Program-made: the position numbers and the translations under genes
The notes under the pieces: model-generated
Database searches by the model: none
What the model was told of the DNA's origin: nothing
The model's input: the letters and a program-made list of their open reading frames with translations, nothing else
Source of the DNA: a virus
Taxonomy: Duplodnaviria > Heunggongvirae > Uroviricota > Caudoviricetes
Length of the DNA stretch: 64,000 nt
IMG/VR virus record: IMGVR_UViG_3300045836_000008
Strand: one strand, 5' to 3'
Shown: positions 52,279 to 60,636 of the stretch, piece by piece
How positions within the stretch are numbered: position 1 is the stretch's first letter
How the letters are laid out: each line of letters opens with the position of its first letter

Positions 52279-52565
52279 TGGAACACGATCTTTCCCACTA
52301 CAGCGTGGTCGCAGTCCAACACAATCGCACTGGCCGTGACTACTGGTTCTTCCTTCGCAAAGGTAGTCAACTGTCTATCCGTACCGATTCATTCGAACGT
52401 GGACATCTGAACACCAGTGAATTGATGAAGATGTCTGACTTTGTGTTCGGTAGAGAAGGTTGGCAATTCTCATACACTCTGATGAAGTCTATCTCATCGG
52501 ATAGTGAAGCCGCGATGAAGTTGCTGTCCGACCATCTAACTCGGTCGAAACAATCCATCTGTTGA
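52278..52565 (+). CDS. hypothetical protein
   Basis: 95-aa ORF with lower GC. Confidence 0.45.
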   Translation: MEHDLSHYSVVAVQHNRTGRDYWFFLRKGSQLSIRTDSFERGHLNTSELMKMSDFVFGREGWQFSYTLMKSISSDSEAAMKLLSDHLTRSKQSIC

Positions 52566-52619
52566 CCTTTGGAAGTGCTAAATAATTTCGTGGTCAGCAC
52601 TTCCTTCAAATAATCAGCA

Positions 52620-52883
52620 ATGCCAATCTATGACTTCGCGTGCAATGATTGTGGTCACACATTCGAACGCACACTCAAAATTGCGGACATGAAACAGCCG
52701 GAAGGCGAACCGTGCCCGTCCTGCCAGAAAGAAGGCACCGTCCAAAAGCAACTTGCGGGCGCACCTGCACTTGGCGATCCGACACGACTTGGCGACACCA
52801 AGAAACTCCCCGGCGATTTCAAAGACGTACTCCGCAAAATCCATGAACGCACACCACGTAGCAACCTGAACTTGAAGTTCTAA
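52620..52883 (+). CDS. FmdB-family zinc-ribbon protein
   Basis: MPIYDFACNDCGHTFE...CPSC. Classic FmdB N-terminus. Confidence 0.65.
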   Translation: MPIYDFACNDCGHTFERTLKIADMKQPEGEPCPSCQKEGTVQKQLAGAPALGDPTRLGDTKKLPGDFKDVLRKIHERTPRSNLNLKF

Positions 52884-52931
52884 GTCGGTTCAGGCCGATC
52901 ATCCCATCTCCCTAAGCAGGAGCAAAGTAGC

Positions 52932-53708
52932 ATGGCAAAGAAGAACAGGGCACAACGCCCAAACGCCGTGAATGCAGCACAAGCACAACAAAGTGTTCAA
53001 CGTCAGTACACCGACCATCCGACGAACCGCTTGAAGCTGCGCATAGATGATCTGAAGGTATTCGAACCCCTGACGGCCAATCAGGGTGTGTTCTTCGAAG
53101 AATACCAAGACCAACGAAATATGGCCTTCATCCTGCACGGTGTTGCGGGTTCAGGCAAGTCGTTCATTGCGCTGTACAAGGCGCTCGAAACCGTGATGGA
53201 CCCTAGCAACCCGATGGACGGTGTTGTGATTGTCCGAAGCGCTGTGTCGGGTCGTGACATCGGTCACTTGCCGGGTACTGAAGAAGAGAAGTTGGCCGTC
53301 TACGAACAGCCCTACATCGGCATCTGTGCCGACCTGTTTGGCCGTCGCGACGCCTACCAACGACTGAAGGAACAAGGCGCAATCGACTTCATCTCGTCGT
53401 CGTTCATTCGTGGCACGACACTCGATAACAAGATCGTTATCGTGGACGAAATGCAGAACTATTCGTGGGAAGAACTGTACACCATCGCGACCCGCGTGGG
53501 CCATCGGACCAAGATCATCTTTGCCGGTGACTTGCGCCAGACAGACCTTCGCAAGCGCGGTGATCCTTCCGGTCTGGTGAAGTTCCTTGATGTGATGGCG
53601 ACGTTGGAAGATGTCGCACTGATCGAATTTGGTGTCCCTGACATCGTTCGTTCGGCTTTCGTAAAGGCTGTCATCGTCGCAACAATGGCTTACGACGACG
53701 CGCACTAA
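52932..53708 (+). CDS. phoH: PhoH-family ATPase
   Basis: Walker A GVAGSGKS, Walker B IVIVDEMQN, family motif IIFAGDLRQTDL. Confidence 0.85.
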   Translation: MAKKNRAQRPNAVNAAQAQQSVQRQYTDHPTNRLKLRIDDLKVFEPLTANQGVFFEEYQDQRNMAFILHGVAGSGKSFIALYKALETVMDPSNPMDGVVIVRSAVSGRDIGHLPGTEEEKLAVYEQPYIGICADLFGRRDAYQRLKEQGAIDFISSSFIRGTTLDNKIVIVDEMQNYSWEELYTIATRVGHRTKIIFAGDLRQTDLRKRGDPSGLVKFLDVMATLEDVALIEFGVPDIVRSAFVKAVIVATMAYDDAH

Positions 53709-53764
53709 GCGCTGAAGGGTTCCTGTGGACTAAATATTCATTGTTTAGTCTTTAGGAACCCTAA

Positions 53765-54277
53765 ATGTCTTATACCCTGTCACAAGCGGGCGCACAAATG
53801 ATTGGTCAGTTTGAAGGTCTTCGGCTGACAGCGTATTACGATCAAGTAGGCGTCCTAACAATCGGCTACGGCACGACGAATGCGGTACTTCCGCCGTCGA
53901 TGCAATTCGGCCCCGGCACTACCATCACGCAAGCGCAAGCGGTGCAATACCTGCAATACGCAGTGAACACGAAGTTCGCACCCGCCGTGAACAATCTGGT
54001 CAAAGTGCCGATCACTCAAAACGAATTCGATTCGCTAGTCTCTTTCGCCTACAACTTGGGTGCAGGGTCGCTGGCGAGTTCTACATTGCTGCGTCTTTTG
54101 AATGCGGGCCAGTATGGCGCTGCGCAGAAGCAGTTCCTTGTCTGGAACAAAGCCGGTGGTGTAGCAGTGCGCGGACTCACGAACCGCCGTCTTGGTGAAG
54201 CTGCAAACTTTGGCCCGCTTTCGCGTTCGGCCCTAATCGCACAATGCTTGAACGGCGTTGATCCCGCAAACCCATAA
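53765..54277 (+). CDS. e: phage lysozyme (GH24, T4 e-type endolysin)
   Basis: N-terminal catalytic motif EGLRLTAYYDQVGVLTIGYG and a downstream conserved Thr/Asn region. Confidence 0.85.
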   Translation: MSYTLSQAGAQMIGQFEGLRLTAYYDQVGVLTIGYGTTNAVLPPSMQFGPGTTITQAQAVQYLQYAVNTKFAPAVNNLVKVPITQNEFDSLVSFAYNLGAGSLASSTLLRLLNAGQYGAAQKQFLVWNKAGGVAVRGLTNRRLGEAANFGPLSRSALIAQCLNGVDPANP

Positions 54278-54289
54278 TCACAACAATCC

Positions 54290-55573
54290 ATGAGTACGAA
54301 AAACTTTTGGCAAATGCGTTCGCAGCTTGATGCCCTGAAGCTGGTCACTGAAGGTCTGACTTCGGTGGACAAGGGCGATCATCTGGAAATCACGCCAGAC
54401 CACATGAAGAAGCCGATGTACAAGGGCACGGCCATCGAGCATCGCGGCAACCCGGAACACTACGGCCCGGACGGTCATGCAGCGCTCGATAAGCACGTCT
54501 CCGAAGTCGTGAAGAACCCCGAGAAGAACACGGCGTTCAAGTCGGCTGACAGCTACACCAAGCAGCACCTTGGCACTGGCTACGAGTTCCATGACGAGAA
54601 GCCGAAGTCATCGCTGCGCAAGCAGTACGTGATCGGCAAGACGTATGACCTAGCAACCCAGAATCATCCCGACTACAAGAAGGCGGTGTTCGACGGCTAC
54701 GCAAAGCATCGTCCCGACATCGTGAAGCAGACCAAGGCAACGGACTACGATTCGCTGGTGCAAGGATCGTACAAGCACGTCGCCAAGGAAACGAACAAAC
54801 AGTTCGAACACCTACCGGTCAAGACGCAGTTCCATGATGGTCACATGGGCTATCACAACAGCGGCGAGATGATGCGCGACATCCACGGTCACAACAACCT
54901 GACTGTGTATCGTGGTGGCGACAAACACGAATTCCTGCATCATACCGACAAGACTGGCCTGAACGAGAACGAGAAGTTCCGTGCAGTTCATGACTACTAC
55001 GGTCACGCGATCCACGGCAACCAGTTCGGCCCGAAGGGCGAAGAAGTTGCATGGCACTCGCACAAGAAGATGTTCTCGCACGGCGCATCGGTCGCAATGA
55101 CGGCAGAAACGCGCGGTCAGAACAGCTACGTGAACTACACGCATGCGAACCTATCAACGCAGAAAGAGATGGAAGGCCATCGTGCATCGAAGCGTGCTGC
55201 ATTGAACGCGGGCGATCACGCTGGTGCGGCGCAAGCTGACGCACATCTGCGTGAAGCTGGTGGCAAGTGGAACTACGCGAAGCAAGCATCGGTAGCACTG
55301 CCACACGAAATGCTTCACCCGCACTTCGACGGTCACGCACCGGACAGCATCAAGCATCTACTGCATGATCCGGCTGCGAAGGCATCTGGCGGCGTCTATG
55401 ACGTTCACAAGGACCATCTGGGACTTGCGGACCTTGCCCGTCACCACAACACGTCATCGCACACCCACATGGGCGGCGGCGTGCTTGACCGTGACAACGC
55501 ACACGCGGACCTGAAGCACATCGCGGCAGTCCACGGCTACACCAAACTTTCACACAACCCGTTCAAGGGCTGA
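54290..55573 (+). CDS. His-rich hypothetical protein (427 aa)
   Basis: Numerous HxxH/HH clusters (HDGHMGYHNSGEMMRDIHGHNN, HAIHGNQFG, HEMLHPHFDGH). Compositionally similar to 46959-47852. Confidence 0.55.
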   Translation: MSTKNFWQMRSQLDALKLVTEGLTSVDKGDHLEITPDHMKKPMYKGTAIEHRGNPEHYGPDGHAALDKHVSEVVKNPEKNTAFKSADSYTKQHLGTGYEFHDEKPKSSLRKQYVIGKTYDLATQNHPDYKKAVFDGYAKHRPDIVKQTKATDYDSLVQGSYKHVAKETNKQFEHLPVKTQFHDGHMGYHNSGEMMRDIHGHNNLTVYRGGDKHEFLHHTDKTGLNENEKFRAVHDYYGHAIHGNQFGPKGEEVAWHSHKKMFSHGASVAMTAETRGQNSYVNYTHANLSTQKEMEGHRASKRAALNAGDHAGAAQADAHLREAGGKWNYAKQASVALPHEMLHPHFDGHAPDSIKHLLHDPAAKASGGVYDVHKDHLGLADLARHHNTSSHTHMGGGVLDRDNAHADLKHIAAVHGYTKLSHNPFKG

Positions 55574-55575
55574 TC

Positions 55576-55613
55576 TTGACAACGCTGGCCGTCTGTGATA
55601 CTTTCAGACGGCC
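55576..55613 (+). promoter_or_regulatory. TTGACA followed by a 9-bp hairpin (GGCCGUCUG-UGAUACUUU-CAGACGGCC) whose loop carries a weak -10-like TGATACT
   Basis: Same architecture as 40142 and 42163, with a weaker -10. Confidence 0.4.
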
Positions 55614-55659
55614 TTAACCTTAACTTACATCATGATCGATATTGAAAGGAAACCCAAAC

Positions 55660-55836
55660 ATGGCAAACAGCACCAACGTTACCCCAAAGGCGAAAGCGGT
55701 CCTTGACGACATCCTTGAAGACATCAAGGCGTCGGACGAACCGACTGAATCGCATCTTCCACAAGAAATTTTCGACCTTGACAAAGCAACACTGTTGGCA
55801 GTTATCTACCGATTGGTTGCACGTGTGCGTGATTGA
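55660..55836 (+). CDS. small hypothetical acidic protein (58 aa)
   Basis: ATG in frame with track ORF 55642. Confidence 0.4.
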   Translation: MANSTNVTPKAKAVLDDILEDIKASDEPTESHLPQEIFDLDKATLLAVIYRLVARVRD

Positions 55837-55865
55837 TGTTATAATCACGTCTGTCGATCCGGGAA

Positions 55866-55893
55866 AGGGGGCTTCGGCCCCCTTTTCTTTTTC
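55866..55893 (+). terminator. rho-independent terminator with UUCG tetraloop (AAGGGGGC-UUCG-GCCCCCUU + UUCUUUUU)
   Basis: Perfect 8-bp stem. Preceded by a second small hairpin (GUGAUU...AAUCAC). Confidence 0.85.
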
Positions 55894-55926
55894 CCAAGCT
55901 TGTAAAATCAATAAGGACCGATTACA

Positions 55927-56424
55927 ATGAAGACCATCCTTGCAGCAATCCTGATCGCACTGTCAATCCAGACCGCGATTCCCATGACTCACCCGCCTAC
56001 GCAGCTTCAGGCAAACGTCCAGCACGACATCAACTGTCTGGCCGAGAACGTCTACTACGAAGCACGTGGCGAACCCGAAGACGGCCAGATTGCCGTCGCT
56101 GACGTGACCCTGAACCGGACTGAAGCGAACGGCTTCCCGAAGACGGTGTGCGGTGTGGTGCATGAGAAGCGGGAACACAAGTGTCAATTCTCGTGGGTGT
56201 GCTGGCTGAAGCGCCCGCCCATCGACAAGAATTCCCAACAGTGGGAGAAGGCACAAAGTATTGCCACGACAGTGTTGCTTTTTCGTTCAGGAAAGGATAT
56301 AATGCAGAAACAGTCAGCGTTGTTCTACCACGCTGACTACGTTCACCCGGTATGGGCGAAGAAGATGAAGCTTGTCAAGAAGATCGGCAAGCATGTGTTC
56401 TACACGAAGACGACCAAAGCATGA
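55927..56424 (+). CDS. SleB/CwlJ-family cell-wall hydrolase with N-terminal signal/anchor
   Basis: NVYYEARGEP...GQIAVADVTLNR family signature. N-terminal hydrophobic ILAAILIALSIQTAIPM. Confidence 0.7.
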   Translation: MKTILAAILIALSIQTAIPMTHPPTQLQANVQHDINCLAENVYYEARGEPEDGQIAVADVTLNRTEANGFPKTVCGVVHEKREHKCQFSWVCWLKRPPIDKNSQQWEKAQSIATTVLLFRSGKDIMQKQSALFYHADYVHPVWAKKMKLVKKIGKHVFYTKTTKA

Positions 56425-57077
56425 TTTTCCAAAGTGAGATGTATGTCCGTGGTGCATTCGCGAGCGAGTACCCGGACAGCGCAGTGAAAAATGAACCGAT
56501 GTTCTTCAACTGCGACCTAGAGTATGCGTACAAGAACGGCCACGACATCACCCGCCACTTCCTTGACGGTCTTCCCGAAGACTGGAAGCTGGATGATGTC
56601 GTGTTGGACAGCCGAGTTCACATGCTGATGCCGGGTTGGTATCCGTGCATTCCCGGCTGGCATCATGACGATGTGCCGCGCAGCACGCCGTCCGGCCAAC
56701 CGAACTACGAGAACCCCGAATACCATTCGGAACACCTGTGTGGACTGGTGAACGCGCATCTCGCGCCGACCATGTTTGCCATTGGTGAATTCTTCATGTC
56801 GGAACCGGACATCAACAAGACGATCTACAAGGTCTGGAATGATGAAGTCGAACATAAGGTATGGAAAGCTTCCAACGACATATCTGTTGTTTCGGCCCGA
56901 TCCGGCGAGTACATCCAATTCGATGCACACACGTTCCACACCGGGACCAAAGCTGTTGGTAACGGCTGGCGCTGGTTCATCCGTCTGTCTCGCAACACCA
57001 ACCGCGTGAAGTTCATCACCAACGAAGTCCGTCACCAAGTTCAGGTGTACATGGACGACCCAACCCAAGGCTGGTAA
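56421..57077 (+). CDS. 2OG-Fe(II)-oxygenase-like protein
   Basis: HxD...H candidate iron ligands (WHHDDVP, FDAHTFHTG) in a beta-rich context. Moderate confidence. Confidence 0.45.
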   Translation: MIFQSEMYVRGAFASEYPDSAVKNEPMFFNCDLEYAYKNGHDITRHFLDGLPEDWKLDDVVLDSRVHMLMPGWYPCIPGWHHDDVPRSTPSGQPNYENPEYHSEHLCGLVNAHLAPTMFAIGEFFMSEPDINKTIYKVWNDEVEHKVWKASNDISVVSARSGEYIQFDAHTFHTGTKAVGNGWRWFIRLSRNTNRVKFITNEVRHQVQVYMDDPTQGW

Positions 57078-57401
57078 ATGACGTACAAGACCCAAGAAGA
57101 GATTGTCAACGAACTCGTTGCAGCCCTGACGGACGACGACAAATCGGCACTGAAGACGTACTACAAGTCCGAAGACGAACTCGGAATCTTGCATCACGGC
57201 TACGGCACGCACATCCGCAATACGTACAAGCTGTGGGAAGCGGCGAACCCGCTGACCCATGACTGGTTCAAGGACTGTGCGTTCGCAGAGAACGGGCAGC
57301 ACGAACACATGATTGATGGTGTCGATCATCACCCGCAACATCCCGATCAGGTGTCGTTTGAAATCATCAAGGCCGTCTGGCGCAGGGCTGTCGATGTCTG
57401 A
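57078..57401 (+). CDS. hypothetical protein
   Basis: 107-aa ORF. Confidence 0.5.
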   Translation: MTYKTQEEIVNELVAALTDDDKSALKTYYKSEDELGILHHGYGTHIRNTYKLWEAANPLTHDWFKDCAFAENGQHEHMIDGVDHHPQHPDQVSFEIIKAVWRRAVDV

Positions 57402-57618
57402 CGAGAAGTGGCACGATGCCGGTTCACTGCCGAACGGGCATCATCTGTTCTACAAAGAAAACGAAGTCGGTGGTCGCACCTACTGCACGGACGAGTGTGG
57501 TTGTGGCGTCATCATCTGGGACACCGCAATCACCGACTATCACACCCTGTTGGCCGCAATTGTTCATGAAGAGCATTTGCGCATCAAAGAGTTTTACGAG
57601 AAGAAGTATGCAAGCTGA
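57394..57618 (+). CDS. small hypothetical Cys/His-containing protein (74 aa)
   Basis: ATG in frame with track ORF 57313. Contains CTDECGCG. Confidence 0.4.
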   Translation: MSDEKWHDAGSLPNGHHLFYKENEVGGRTYCTDECGCGVIIWDTAITDYHTLLAAIVHEEHLRIKEFYEKKYAS

Positions 57619-57883
57619 AGTCCACGCAGTACCCGCAACAGACGAATTCATCATCACCAAGGAATTCGCTTCGGCCAACGAATTTTCGATGTTCATCGAA
57701 GAGACGGCCATCAAAGAAGGCATGGACCTGATTGATGTCATCCTGAACTACTGTGAAGAGAAAGACATCGACGTGGACGTGACCGCAAAACTCGTCACCA
57801 AATCCCTGAAGGAAAAGCTTGCCATCGAGTTCCAGCAACGCAAGATGCTGCGATCAGAGACGGGCACGCTCGAAGACCTGTGA
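57608..57883 (+). CDS. small hypothetical acidic protein (91 aa)
   Basis: ATG in frame with track ORF 57416. Confidence 0.4.
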   Translation: MQAEVHAVPATDEFIITKEFASANEFSMFIEETAIKEGMDLIDVILNYCEEKDIDVDVTAKLVTKSLKEKLAIEFQQRKMLRSETGTLEDL

Positions 57884-58007
57884 GTTGGAACAACGTTCTT
57901 CCGTGGTGGATATGGTGTCACCTTGCATGGGAACGCGCGGCGCTCGGATCATGCGCCTTCAATGACGAGTTCCATCTAAGCGAATTCCGATCCGACTACT
58001 TCCCCTG

Positions 58008-58505
58008 ATGTACACGCTGAAACAATACATTGTAGAGAAACAAGAAGGCAAAAGTGGTACATACGCTGCGATGAACTTTGCGCCGATTTCGGCGTATCAA
58101 ATCGCGAAGTACGTGTCCGAACATCGGATACCTTCACCCGTTCCGCCCGAGAAGCTTCACGTGACGCTGATGTACTCGCGTCGCACGCTGGTCGGATATA
58201 CGGCGCAAGGCGAAATCAAGCCTATGCCGGTTCGCGTGATCGGGTTCGATGTCTGGGATACCCATGACGGCAAGAAGGCGCTGGTGGCCCGTTTAGACGC
58301 CCCAGAACTCGAAGCACGTCACCGGTATCTGATGGACACGTACAACGGGACGTATGACTTCCCCGAATACAAACCCCACTTCACGATGTCATATGACGTT
58401 GGACCGGGTTGGGCTGCATCCAAGATGCCCTTGTTCGAACATCCGCTGTACCTGAACCATGAGTACAGCAAACCCCTTGACCTTGAATGGACCCCTGACA
58501 AGTGA
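58008..58505 (+). CDS. 2H-phosphoesterase-superfamily protein (LigT / 2'-5' RNA ligase / cyclic phosphodiesterase-like)
   Basis: Two H-x-T/S-x motifs (HVTLMYS and HFTMSY) spaced about 85 aa apart. 165 aa. Confidence 0.7.
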   Translation: MYTLKQYIVEKQEGKSGTYAAMNFAPISAYQIAKYVSEHRIPSPVPPEKLHVTLMYSRRTLVGYTAQGEIKPMPVRVIGFDVWDTHDGKKALVARLDAPELEARHRYLMDTYNGTYDFPEYKPHFTMSYDVGPGWAASKMPLFEHPLYLNHEYSKPLDLEWTPDK

Positions 58506-58954
58506 CATTCCTTGATTATTTGCTCGGTCGCAACAAGCAACCCGAAAAGCCAAAGGCGCTGGTCTACGAACTGGCCGACCTGAAGGCAACGTCCGTCGAA
58601 CGTGCAGCCGCACGACAGGCGAAGATGGAAGAACAGCAACGCCAGTGGTCCGAAGATCAGCGCAAGCGCGGTCAAGAAGCCGCTGTCGAACAGTTCGCGC
58701 AGTATCGTGCCCGGATTCTCAAACAGGCCGAGTACGATGACGATCTGAAGCAGTACGAAATCAACATCGCCTTTCACGAACACTCGAAAGAACTGGACGA
58801 CTACACCGAAGCGTTGGCCGATCTGCTGCGTGACCTGTTCATTCTCGAAGGCGTGAATGCCGAACTGGTGTGGGAAGAACACCCCATCGGTGAAGGTAGC
58901 TACTACGCATCCGACCGTATCCGTTATTCCGCAAAGCTGGTGGTGTCATGGTAA
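58502..58954 (+). CDS. hypothetical coiled-coil protein
   Basis: 150-aa ORF. Confidence 0.5.
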   Translation: MTFLDYLLGRNKQPEKPKALVYELADLKATSVERAAARQAKMEEQQRQWSEDQRKRGQEAAVEQFAQYRARILKQAEYDDDLKQYEINIAFHEHSKELDDYTEALADLLRDLFILEGVNAELVWEEHPIGEGSYYASDRIRYSAKLVVSW

Positions 58955-59349
58955 GTGCAATGAAGCTGATCGACCGTATCCGCATCGCAGAAGAGACGCT
59001 TGAAGCCCGTCTCGAAGAAGTGCAACGCCAGATTGCAGAAGCCCACAAGAAGCTTGATGATGAAGATCGCAAGCGTGGCAAGCAAGACGGCTACAACACC
59101 ATCTCGGTGATCGATGCGAAGATTCTGGCCGCTGTCGATGACAAACAAACGACCTACCTACACCCGGTTGGCCGTGGCCGCGCAACCAGTACCTTGTCGC
59201 CGTATGAAGAAGGTCTGTCGAACTACCTGATCGAACACTTCCGTTGGGAAGGTCTTCAGGTGACGCTCGAAAAGATGCCGCTGTACCAAGGCAAGCAGAC
59301 CGTACAGGCATACGATTTCATCCTGAAATTTTCGTGGCAACACGTGTAG
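58948..59349 (+). CDS. hypothetical protein
   Basis: 133-aa ORF. Confidence 0.5.
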   Translation: MVSAMKLIDRIRIAEETLEARLEEVQRQIAEAHKKLDDEDRKRGKQDGYNTISVIDAKILAAVDDKQTTYLHPVGRGRATSTLSPYEEGLSNYLIEHFRWEGLQVTLEKMPLYQGKQTVQAYDFILKFSWQHV

Positions 59350-59621
59350 TTAATGTCGCCAAGACCAAGAACTACGATGTCTACATTGGTCGTGGCGGCA
59401 AGTGGGGAAACCCGTTCATCATCGGTCGTGATGGCACTCGCGAAGAAGTGATTGCCAAGCACGCCGAATGGATCGAACACGGCGAAGGACGATACCTTCT
59501 CGATTCGATCCATGAACTGTACGGCAAGACTCTCGGTTGCCACTGCGCACCGAAACCCTGTCACGGCTGCACTCTTGCACGTCTGGCAGTCAAGTATCAC
59601 ATTCCTTCGTTCTTCTCATGA
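59334..59621 (+). CDS. DUF4326-family protein
   Basis: YDVYIGRGGKWGNPF...GKTLGCHCAPKPCHG signature. Start uncertain (GTG at 59334, or upstream ATG at 59244 overlapping the previous gene). Confidence 0.55.
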   Translation: MATRVVNVAKTKNYDVYIGRGGKWGNPFIIGRDGTREEVIAKHAEWIEHGEGRYLLDSIHELYGKTLGCHCAPKPCHGCTLARLAVKYHIPSFFS

Positions 59622-60211
59622 CACCCATCCAAGTCTGCAAAGCTTATCTCGCGCTGAAGCAACACTTCACGTCAGACCGGTACGATGTTTTCAAGTATCG
59701 CGGACGATGGAGCCTGTCCCGCGAAGCGTTCGACAAGCGCAAAGACAAGGGTAGGTGCGAGAAGATCGCGCGGACGATGACCGACGAAGAGATTGTCCAA
59801 ATGTTCGTCGCGAACTTCACGCGCAAGGCCGACTATTCCGGCCTGTTTGACGACCAAACAGAGACGCGCTATCGGGAATGGTTGGGCTACAATCAAGCAC
59901 TCTCGTACAACTTTGGGAATGAAGTGAAATCACTTCTGACCGTTGCACAAGAAGACGGAATATGCTATAATGACGTTTTCTTCAGTAGTGAATGTCAACA
60001 CCCACCTGTCCTGATGGCGTACATGGGGAAGCAAATCTCCATCGAGACGTTCCTGATTCTGGACCGCCTAAATAGGTTTACAGAGAAGTTGGTTAGTGAT
60101 GTGGTAACAGAGAACATCCTGCGTACCGCACGCAAGTACGATCCTTTCCTAAAGGTCGATCTGGAAACCTATGACAACATCACCCGACGAGTCAGAGAGC
60201 AAGTCTTCTGA
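59618..60211 (+). CDS. hypothetical protein
   Basis: ATG overlapping the upstream stop (ATGA). In frame with track ORF 59537. Confidence 0.5.
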   Translation: MTPIQVCKAYLALKQHFTSDRYDVFKYRGRWSLSREAFDKRKDKGRCEKIARTMTDEEIVQMFVANFTRKADYSGLFDDQTETRYREWLGYNQALSYNFGNEVKSLLTVAQEDGICYNDVFFSSECQHPPVLMAYMGKQISIETFLILDRLNRFTEKLVSDVVTENILRTARKYDPFLKVDLETYDNITRRVREQVF

Positions 60212-60380
60212 CGAGACAATCAAGGCGTTGCAGCAAGATGTGATGTACTTGCAGCGCGAGAACGATCAGCTATGGGCGAAGATTGAAGAGATTGAAGGCA
60301 ACTATACTTCGCTCTTCGAACGAATCCGTTCTTGGCCGTTCATCAAGATAAACGTTCCAGCATTAAGCAGTAATGGGTAA
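60171..60380 (+). CDS. small hypothetical coiled-coil protein
   Basis: 69-aa ORF. Confidence 0.4.
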   Translation: MTTSPDESESKSSDETIKALQQDVMYLQRENDQLWAKIEEIEGNYTSLFERIRSWPFIKINVPALSSNG

Positions 60381-60636
60381 GACACGGCACTACCGACCCG
60401 AAGAACGCAGCATCCATCGGGTCAAACCGGTCGCAGAAAAGGCGACTAAATATAAGCATGACATCTTCAAAGTTGAAGACGATGAAGACGATGAAGATGA
60501 CGACCCTGACTATCTGGATTACCCGGACGATCAGGACTGAAGTACCAACCGTGAGAACTTGCTATATGAAATCCACCAAACACGTCGAATATAAGTCGAT
60601 ACAACCAAAATACGCTGAAATAGGTAGAAACTCAAA

